A DNA stretch of 64,000 bases from Poseidonia sp. (lineage in GTDB: Archaea > Thermoplasmatota > Poseidoniia > Poseidoniales > Poseidoniaceae), in assembly GCA_038118245.1 (NCBI GenBank), contig JAYOHN010000003.1:923-64922 (forward strand), written 5' to 3'. This document shows positions 29,250 through 36,307 of the stretch, piece by piece. Below the pieces are notes generated by a model. The model was not told the DNA's origin. It made no database searches and saw only the letters and a program-made list of their open reading frames with translations. Numbering within the stretch: position 1 is the first letter of the stretch; each line of letters opens with the position of its first letter. The position numbers were made by a program, and so were the translations under genes.

Positions 29250-31701
29250 AGGCTGGCTGCTCGACGTTCATGAAAACACCCACCACTCCGGCATGGTGGC
29301 TTGGATTGTTGACGATGCTGGAGCGGCACACGCCTGCGAAATACCGTGGACGGCATCGCTTCATGTTCACGCATCGTCCGCCGACATGCAGCGTCTTGAA
29401 CACTGGCTGATGTTGCCTGAAATATCGGCTCGGTTCGGTGTTCTGAGCGTGGTCCGGAGGGCGATGCGCCTCGATTTGGAGAGCGAAGGTCGGACCTCGG
29501 TTCTGGAGGTGCGTATCGGGCCGTTCCACCACCTCAAGGCGCTTGCAGAACACATCGAGGCGAGAGGCGACTTTCACCGCTACACGTTGTATTCGGTGGA
29601 TGCACATTTGGTCCAGCGTTTTCTCAACGAACACGGCTGCGAACCGTTCGCAAAAGTTCGTTGGGATGCCGACGGCCCGATTCCTCTCCAGTCCGTTTCC
29701 ACCGACGGCGATGAAAGCGGACCACCGCTCTGCGTTGTTCAAATTGGCTTTACCTTCGCCTCGGCATCGTTTCCGTCGGTGAACGATGCCATCCAGCGCA
29801 TTGAGTTGCGCATCAACGAGGAGCCGGGTGTTCTCGCCTCGCCGCGCGCCGTTGTCGAGGCCACACTTGACCGCGACCTGTTTCCTTCTCTCGAAGCGTT
29901 CCTGCATGCCTTCGAAAAAGCGTTTCACGCCATCGATCCGGACGTGGTTTTGAGTTACGGTGGTGATCAGCGGCTGTTTCCGTGGTTGATTCATCAAAGC
30001 GAAGCGGCGGGTTCTTCGCTTCGTCTGGGCCGCTCGAACACCCCTCTGCGGCCGTCCACGCAAGCTCGGACCGTACGTTCATACGGCCACACGCTTCATC
30101 GTCACGCTGCCTTCTTCCTCGAAGGCCGTTTGCATTTGGACCTTCGCAACAGCTTCATCGTCAAGGAAGGCGGTGTTGCAGGGTTGCTTGAACTGGCGCA
30201 ACAATCGAGCCAGTCTGCTCAAGTGATTTCTCGCCTCTCTCCAGGTTCGGTGATCAGTGCCATACAGATGCGGGTGGCCATGGACGACGGCGTTTTGGTT
30301 CCGTGGAAAAAAAACCGCCCTGAAGACACGAAGTCCGCTCTTGAACTTCTTCACGCAGACCGCGGAGGGTTGTACCTTGACAGCCGTCCGGGCGTCTATT
30401 CCTCCGTGATTGAACTGGACTTCGCCAGCCTCTTTCCAAGCATCATCGCCACGCGCAACATCTCTCCAGAAACGCTCAACTGCACCTGCTGCCAGCCCCC
30501 AGAGCAACACGCCTCCAACGCCTTGGTCCCGCTTGAACCCGACGCAGCGGTGTCTGAATTTCAACGAAGGTACCGCCGCTCGGCGTTCGGGCACGGGCTG
30601 TTTCCGTTGGCCCATGAACAGGCGATGCGCGTGCCCGGTCTGTCCAGTTATACTTGCGGACGTCGTCACGGTTTTTTGGGTCGGGTCGTAGCGCCCATCA
30701 TTGAACGTCGGCGGCAACTCAAACGGCTGCGGACAGCCAAGGGCGATGCTTACGACCTTCGTCAAAACGCCTTGAAGTGGTTGTTGGTCACGTGCTTTGG
30801 TTACACGGGTTATCGCAACGCTCGGTTCGGACGAATTGAGGCCCATGAAGCGATTTGTGCTTGGTCGCGCGATATTTTGTTGACCACCATTGAAGAGGCT
30901 CAACAGGACGGCTGGGAGGTCTTGCACGCCATCGTTGATTGCGTCTGGCTCGTTGACCGCCGTCAACGAAGTCAATCTGAACAGCGCAACGACGCTGAAC
31001 GTTTCGCTGCGCGTGTTACCGAACGGGTCGGAATTCCTCTCGAGTTTGAGCAACATTACGATTTCATCGCTTTTCTTCCGAGTCGCGTACACGGTTCGGG
31101 TTCGCTCACAAAATACTGGGCCTACGGTGGAGGCGAGTACAAGGTTCGGGGCATTGAGTTGCGTCAGCATTCCACTCCGCCGTGGGTGCGTGACCTCCAA
31201 GAGAAGGGGCTGACGTTGTTGGCGACCGGTCACACGGATGCGGGCGTCCCCGGGCCGGAATCTCAACAACGTGTCTTCCAACTTTATCGCGCCGAACTCC
31301 AACGTTTCATGGACGGAGATGTGCCGCTCCATGCGTTGGTCATCGCCCGCCGAGTCACCTCCACATTGAACGATTACCGCGTGAAAAACCTCACCTATGC
31401 AGCGCTTCAGCGAGCACATCAACAGGGACAACACGTCCCGCCGGGGGGAAAGATCCGCTACGTGGTCATGGATTCCAGGGCCAATGAACCCCTTGACAGG
31501 GTGCTTCTCGCCGAAGAACTTCCGTCGACAGCCAACAACATCTCTGGGTGCTTCCAACACTATCAGCAACTCGCCGAACGAGCAGTATGGGCGCTTTTGG
31601 CTCCGTTCGGGTGGACGACCGAACGTCTGAACATGGAGGGGCAGCAAGCCACCCTTCTCGATTTTACCACTCGCCGTGATGGAGCGTCAATGCACCCGTA
31701 G
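29242..31701 (+). CDS. polB: family B DNA polymerase with degenerate exonuclease motifs and an atypical motif C
   Basis: Motif A LDFASLFPSII (DxxSLYPS). Motif B KWLLVTCFGYTGY (KxxxNSxYG with N>T, S>C, Y>F). KxY region TKYWAY...VRGIELRQHS. Motif C reads AIVDCVW instead of YGDTDS, so only one Asp remains. The Exo I position reads LCVVQIGF (no DxE), and Exo II reads YGGDQRLFPWL (no NxxxFD). Confidence 0.85.
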   Translation: MIEGWLLDVHENTHHSGMVAWIVDDAGAAHACEIPWTASLHVHASSADMQRLEHWLMLPEISARFGVLSVVRRAMRLDLESEGRTSVLEVRIGPFHHLKALAEHIEARGDFHRYTLYSVDAHLVQRFLNEHGCEPFAKVRWDADGPIPLQSVSTDGDESGPPLCVVQIGFTFASASFPSVNDAIQRIELRINEEPGVLASPRAVVEATLDRDLFPSLEAFLHAFEKAFHAIDPDVVLSYGGDQRLFPWLIHQSEAAGSSLRLGRSNTPLRPSTQARTVRSYGHTLHRHAAFFLEGRLHLDLRNSFIVKEGGVAGLLELAQQSSQSAQVISRLSPGSVISAIQMRVAMDDGVLVPWKKNRPEDTKSALELLHADRGGLYLDSRPGVYSSVIELDFASLFPSIIATRNISPETLNCTCCQPPEQHASNALVPLEPDAAVSEFQRRYRRSAFGHGLFPLAHEQAMRVPGLSSYTCGRRHGFLGRVVAPIIERRRQLKRLRTAKGDAYDLRQNALKWLLVTCFGYTGYRNARFGRIEAHEAICAWSRDILLTTIEEAQQDGWEVLHAIVDCVWLVDRRQRSQSEQRNDAERFAARVTERVGIPLEFEQHYDFIAFLPSRVHGSGSLTKYWAYGGGEYKVRGIELRQHSTPPWVRDLQEKGLTLLATGHTDAGVPGPESQQRVFQLYRAELQRFMDGDVPLHALVIARRVTSTLNDYRVKNLTYAALQRAHQQGQHVPPGGKIRYVVMDSRANEPLDRVLLAEELPSTANNISGCFQHYQQLAERAVWALLAPFGWTTERLNMEGQQATLLDFTTRRDGASMHP

Positions 31702-32449
31702 ATGGAGGCATGGTTCGGTTCCCAAATTCACGAGGTTGGAGTACAAAACGGGTCTGTCTGCGGTCAAGTTCTGGATCCCATCGGCCCTGAAGACCTGTTC
31801 GTGGATGGCGGAGGAATAGCTGACGTTGGCGTCTTGAACCCTGCCATTCTCCGAGCAGGTGATGGTCACAGCGAACGTGCAGGTGGCGAAGCAATCGGCC
31901 GAGGTGCGGTGTCCGAGCGCGTTGCTCCGTGATGATCACGACTGCCACACGGTGGTGCTGTGCAAGGCGTTGGAGCACACGAGCATGACGCTTGAGCAAG
32001 GTGCGCGATTCCAAGCGTTTGATGGCGTCGTCTTCGTGCATGGCCAGCAAACCGTCAACCACGATCATGGGTGAACGCGTCAGTTGAACTTCTTGTGACA
32101 AGCGTTCAATCTGCTTGTCCAGTTGATGGAGCGTGAACCCGCGACTGAGGTAAAGCCGAGCGAGGCAAGCTTCGGTATCGGCTTGCAACCGAGCAAGGGG
32201 GGCCAGGAGCCGAGAAGGGTCAATGCGGCAGGCGCCGTCAACCCAGTGGACCGTGTGGCCCGCAGCAAGAGCGTGGGCCACCCAATGTTCAGCAACGGGG
32301 CGCATCCCCCTTCCTGCATGGCCTGGCCCTGCTAGATGGTAGAGCATTCCCGGTTGGGGGTGGATGTCGTTGAGGTTGAGTTGGGGGGCAGGTCGCCGCA
32401 ACAACGGATGCGGGCATGCTTGGGCATTTTCGGTCTTCATGTCAATCAT
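31664..32449 (-). CDS. RecA-fold (ImuA/RadB-like) protein with a degenerate P-loop
   Basis: The order of elements is RecA-like. It starts with MLYHLAGPGHAGRGM (GxxxxGRG in place of GxxxxGKT) and TVHWVDG. Next come RLYLSRGFTLHQL and MIVVDGLLAM (Walker-B-like). It ends with LQRLAQHHRVAVVIITEQ and an Arg-rich C-terminus. The start was set at ATG 32449, with CGAGGA 6 nt upstream. The track start at 32593 would overlap dinB. Confidence 0.5.
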   Translation of the reverse strand: MIDMKTENAQACPHPLLRRPAPQLNLNDIHPQPGMLYHLAGPGHAGRGMRPVAEHWVAHALAAGHTVHWVDGACRIDPSRLLAPLARLQADTEACLARLYLSRGFTLHQLDKQIERLSQEVQLTRSPMIVVDGLLAMHEDDAIKRLESRTLLKRHARVLQRLAQHHRVAVVIITEQRARTPHLGRLLRHLHVRCDHHLLGEWQGSRRQRQLFLRHPRTGLQGRWDPELDRRQTRFVLQPREFGNRTMPPSTGALTLHHGEW

Positions 32450-32561
32450 TGACGGTCCTCGAACGAGGTCAACGTTCTTTTTGCAGACCCCTTTGTTGAA
32501 CTGATGCCCATCAAGTTGAAACACCGTGGACATGGATGATTTTACGCAGTGAGGGGTTGAT

Positions 32562-33674
32562 GTGGGTGGCGACGATGAACGGCGCATCATCATTCATTGT
32601 GATTTGGATGCCTTTTTTGCTGCCGTGGAGACGCTTCATCATGGCTTTGATGAGCGTGTGCCTCTGATCATTGGCTCCGATCCAAAACAGGGACGTGGCC
32701 GTGGCATCGTGTCGACCTGCAACTACGAGGCTCGTACCTATGGCATTCGTTCGGCGATGCCGATTTCTGAGGCATGGCGAAGATGCCCCGCCGTTCCCTT
32801 TGGTCCTGGACGGTACATACGAGGGACGCGCGGCTTGTACTCCCGTGCGAGTCGAAAAGTCATGCAGGTGCTGCGCCGACCCGCTGGAGCGTTTGAGAAA
32901 GCCAGCATTGATGAAGCCTACATGGACGTCACGGACGCCGTTGGAGGTGACTGGGATGCTGCCTTGGCACTGGCAAAATCGTTGCAGTCTGAAATTTACC
33001 AAACCCTGGGTTTGACCGCATCGTTTGGCATCGCATCAACGCGGGTCCTTGCAAAAATGTCCAGCGAGGTCAACAAACCCAACGGCATCCATCGTGTCTT
33101 GCCGGATGAGATTGAGGCGTTTTTTGCAGGGAGGTCGGTTCGTGAAATTCCCGGAATCGGTCCTAAACGCGCAACACAACTGGCTGAATGGGGGTACTCG
33201 ACGGCGGATGAATTGCAGGCCTTGGGTGAACTCTCGCTTGCGAGATTGGCGGGGGAACGGTTTGCATCGTGGTTTTTGAGCGTCGTTGAGGGCGAGAGCA
33301 GCGACATCGTGAGTCCTGTACGGAGCCGCAAATCCGTCGGCAAAGAGCACACGTTTGAGCACGATCAACACGACCACGAAGTCGTCCTCAAACGGTTGCT
33401 CGACTTGGTGGAACTTGTTCTTGACCGTGCGACGGTGTTGGGCGTCGCAGGACGGTTGGCGGAAGTGAAAATTCGATACACGGGCTTCGAAACCCATGCC
33501 TCCAGCCGAAGCATTCCCGTTGCAATGGACGATGCTGCCGTGTTCAAACGGTTAGCGGCCACTCTTTTCGCCAGCACGCTCGAGGCTGACCGAGGCGTTC
33601 GCCTTGTGGGCTTTCGCATGGGGCAATTGGAGGTGCCGCCGTCCCGCCAAACGACGCTGTTTGAGGAGGAATGA
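32562..33674 (+). CDS. dinB: Y-family DNA polymerase IV (DinB/Dpo4-like), catalytic residues intact
   Basis: IIHCDLDAFFAAVE and SIDEAYMDV (the catalytic Asp/Asp-Glu), then SFGIASTRVLAKMSS and IPGIGPK (HhH). The GTG start is preceded by GTGAGGGG. Confidence 0.9.
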   Translation: MGGDDERRIIIHCDLDAFFAAVETLHHGFDERVPLIIGSDPKQGRGRGIVSTCNYEARTYGIRSAMPISEAWRRCPAVPFGPGRYIRGTRGLYSRASRKVMQVLRRPAGAFEKASIDEAYMDVTDAVGGDWDAALALAKSLQSEIYQTLGLTASFGIASTRVLAKMSSEVNKPNGIHRVLPDEIEAFFAGRSVREIPGIGPKRATQLAEWGYSTADELQALGELSLARLAGERFASWFLSVVEGESSDIVSPVRSRKSVGKEHTFEHDQHDHEVVLKRLLDLVELVLDRATVLGVAGRLAEVKIRYTGFETHASSRSIPVAMDDAAVFKRLAATLFASTLEADRGVRLVGFRMGQLEVPPSRQTTLFEEE

Positions 33675-36167
33675 TCAGACGAGTTGGTGCATGCGCGTGA
33701 GGGTTGCGGAAAATTCAGCAAGCGCTTCGGGAACCTGGATGCCTTCAATGGGTTGATTCAAGGACACACCGGCGTCTTTCTTCGCCCCCCAAGTCTTGCC
33801 GTTGAACTCTTGAAGAGATGTGGAAAGGCTGCACAACCGTTCACCTTCGCTCGTACCGGGGCCGAGTTCGGGCACCGGGAGTTCTGGAAAGGCGTCCACT
33901 TCAACCGCTGATGTTCCATAGACCGTTGAGGAGACGTGGTGGGAGAAGAAGGGGCAAACGGGGCTGAAAGCCGACATGAAGTCGCGCACGATGCGATGCA
34001 GCGTCCAGGCAGACGCTTTGTCTTCGTCATACAATCGGGATTTAACCATCTCAAGGTAGTGGCTTGGAAGCAAACCTGTTCCGAAGGATTTGAGTGCTTG
34101 TGTTGCGGTGTAAATGTCCAACTGTTCCCATGCAGAACGGACCTGATCCATCGTGGATTGGAATTCGGCGAGAATCCACCTGTCTTCTGGAGCGAGTTCT
34201 TCTGGGACATCGTCCAGCGAGGAAGGGACCTCAAACTGGGAAGCAAAGCGAGCGACGTTGAACAACTTGGTCAGGACGCCGAAATACTTCTTTTCGATTT
34301 CCTCTGGGTTGATGTGGAAGTCGTCACCCACCTGAGCGTCACAGGCTTTCCACAAACGGAAGCACTCGCTTCCGATTTTATTTGCTCGGAGACTCACCGA
34401 CCCGTCGGGGCCTTTGACCTTCCAAGAACCGGTTCGCCCGCCTGCTCCGCATTCAAGAACCGAATCCGCATCAATCCCGTTGCCGAGCGACTTGCTCATC
34501 TTTCGACCCCACGGGTCCATGCCGAGTCCGTCAATCCAGACATGTTGGAATCCGGGCTGGTCGAGCACCAACGTGGACTTGAGCAAGGTGTAGTACAACC
34601 ACGTGCGGACGATTTCTTTTCCTTGAGGTCGCAAGGCGGTTGGGAAGGCACGTTCAAACATTTCAGGGTGGTTGAGGTACCCGCTGACAAACAGATTGGA
34701 GTTGGAAGAATCCATCCACGTGTCGAAGACTTTCTCCTCGCCGGTGATGACGCCGAGGGTCTCTTTGAGGGCTGAATACTCACCGAGGTCTTCGCGTGTG
34801 GCTCGGTCGAGGACACGACTTCCCTCGGGCGGTGCATCCCGCCATGGCTGAACATAACGGCCGGGGGGCGGAACGACCACACGGTCCTCGTCTTCGCTGT
34901 ACCAGATGGGGATTTCTGTGTGGTACCACCGACGTCGGCTGATCGGCCAATCGATGCTGATGTTGTCCATCCAATCGATGAGAAATTGACGGTTTCGTGG
35001 TGGGTGGAAGGTGATGGAATCAATCAGTTCACGCATGCGGTCTTGAATGTGGGTCTGGCGGACGTACCATTCTTTCAGGAGAATGATTTCAACGGGGTTT
35101 TTGCCTCGCTCGGAGACGGGCACCTCTTGTTCCCGCTCCACCGTTTGAACAAGGTCGCCTTGCGTTTCCAAGAGCGAAATTGCTTGTTTTCTTGCTTCGA
35201 GGACGCTCAGGCCCTGCAAGGGTCCAGCAACGGTGGTCATGTTTCCGTCAAGGTCAATCGCCTGATACGGCGCCAAGCCAAGTTCGCGAAAGACCGCCAC
35301 GTCGTTTTGGTCTCCAAAGGAACACACCATGAGGACGCCAGAACCAAATTCCGACTTGACGGACGGGTGTTGCATGATGGGGACGGTGGTTGAACGACCT
35401 TCCGTTGGGAGGGGGAGGGTGACGGTTTTACCGACCAAATGACGGTAGCGTTCGTCATCCGGATGGACCACGACCACGCCGCAGGCACAAATCATCTCTG
35501 GCCGGGTTGTGGAGATGGTCAACTCTTCCCCGTCCTCGCATCGCCAGCGTACATCGACCAACTTTGTTTTCCGAGGCAAGCGTTCAACCTCTGCATCTGC
35601 AATCGTTGTGCCTTCCACCGGGTCGTAGATGTTGGGGCGCAGGTCTTCAACGATGTCTCCTTTTTTGAACAATTCAACAAAGATGGATTGCGTGACGCTT
35701 CTGTAATCGGGAGCATCGGTGAGGTACTCGCGCTCAAAATCACATGAGAGCCCCACCCGGCGGGCGGTGTTTCGCATTGCTTGCGTGAAGGATTCAATCG
35801 TGGTTTCGCAGAGCTTCAAAAATTCTGCACGGTCGTACGTCTTCATTTTCCGTTTCGTGTTTTTCTCCACCGTGAACTCAATGTTGATGCCGTTTCGGTC
35901 AACCCCCCACGGGAAAAACACCTCTTTGCCCAACAAGCGTTGGCTTCGAGCAAGAACGTCAATCATTGAATATTGGGCCACGGCCCCGATGTGCCAGGTA
36001 CCTGATGGATAGGGTGGCGGCGTGTCGATAACAAACAATTCTTTGCCGCTGGTCGGATTGAACCCGTAACGCCGGCTGTATTCCTTCGGGTCGGCGTAAT
36101 GCGCTTCTTGAATGGTCTTCTCCAAATCAATGGTCCAACGTTTTTCTGGGAGTTTTGGGGCTGGCAT
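33675..36167 (-). CDS. valS: valine--tRNA ligase, archaeal type
   Basis: VIDTPPPYPSGTWHIGAVAQYSMIDVLARSQRLLGKEVFFPWGVDRNGINIEFTVEK parallels the remembered archaeal ValRS N-terminus IDTPPPFTSGTLHLGHV...FPQGFDNHGLPTE..VEK. Also present are VFDTWMDSS and an intact KMSKSLGN. The ATG at 36167 is preceded by AGGTGA with a 5-nt spacer. Confidence 0.8.
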   Translation of the reverse strand: MPAPKLPEKRWTIDLEKTIQEAHYADPKEYSRRYGFNPTSGKELFVIDTPPPYPSGTWHIGAVAQYSMIDVLARSQRLLGKEVFFPWGVDRNGINIEFTVEKNTKRKMKTYDRAEFLKLCETTIESFTQAMRNTARRVGLSCDFEREYLTDAPDYRSVTQSIFVELFKKGDIVEDLRPNIYDPVEGTTIADAEVERLPRKTKLVDVRWRCEDGEELTISTTRPEMICACGVVVVHPDDERYRHLVGKTVTLPLPTEGRSTTVPIMQHPSVKSEFGSGVLMVCSFGDQNDVAVFRELGLAPYQAIDLDGNMTTVAGPLQGLSVLEARKQAISLLETQGDLVQTVEREQEVPVSERGKNPVEIILLKEWYVRQTHIQDRMRELIDSITFHPPRNRQFLIDWMDNISIDWPISRRRWYHTEIPIWYSEDEDRVVVPPPGRYVQPWRDAPPEGSRVLDRATREDLGEYSALKETLGVITGEEKVFDTWMDSSNSNLFVSGYLNHPEMFERAFPTALRPQGKEIVRTWLYYTLLKSTLVLDQPGFQHVWIDGLGMDPWGRKMSKSLGNGIDADSVLECGAGGRTGSWKVKGPDGSVSLRANKIGSECFRLWKACDAQVGDDFHINPEEIEKKYFGVLTKLFNVARFASQFEVPSSLDDVPEELAPEDRWILAEFQSTMDQVRSAWEQLDIYTATQALKSFGTGLLPSHYLEMVKSRLYDEDKASAWTLHRIVRDFMSAFSPVCPFFSHHVSSTVYGTSAVEVDAFPELPVPELGPGTSEGERLCSLSTSLQEFNGKTWGAKKDAGVSLNQPIEGIQVPEALAEFSATLTRMHQLV

Positions 36168-36307
36168 GTGCCTCACCTGGCCCCGCCTCCGTCAATGAGG
36201 TGGGTCCAATCCTCTCGGTGCTGGGTCGGCATTTCAACCCGTCGGCACCGCATCTCGAAAATGCACCATCTCCACCATCAGCGAAAAGGTAAGGCTTTGA
36301 AGGTGCC

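Noticed and set aside
30307-30314. A8 homopolymer inside polB considered as a slippage or phase-variation site
   Set aside because: It reads in frame as Lys-Lys-Asn with no alternative frame continuing. T7 runs of similar length occur in other genes (about 45636 and 46080), so it is not exceptional.
28978-31647. Two very long minus-strand ORFs (28978-30063, 361 aa; 30079-31647, 522 aa) opposite the small ORF and polB
   Set aside because: Their translations are Arg/Pro/Gly-rich with no motifs, whereas the plus strand carries clear family-B polymerase motifs. They are typical antisense shadow ORFs of GC-rich coding sequence.
32562-33674. Y-family polymerase considered as an ImuB-type inactive scaffold
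   Set aside because: The catalytic Asp (CDLDAFF) and Asp-Glu (SIDEAY) are all present, so it looks like an active DinB/Dpo4. The mutasome analogy is therefore only partial.
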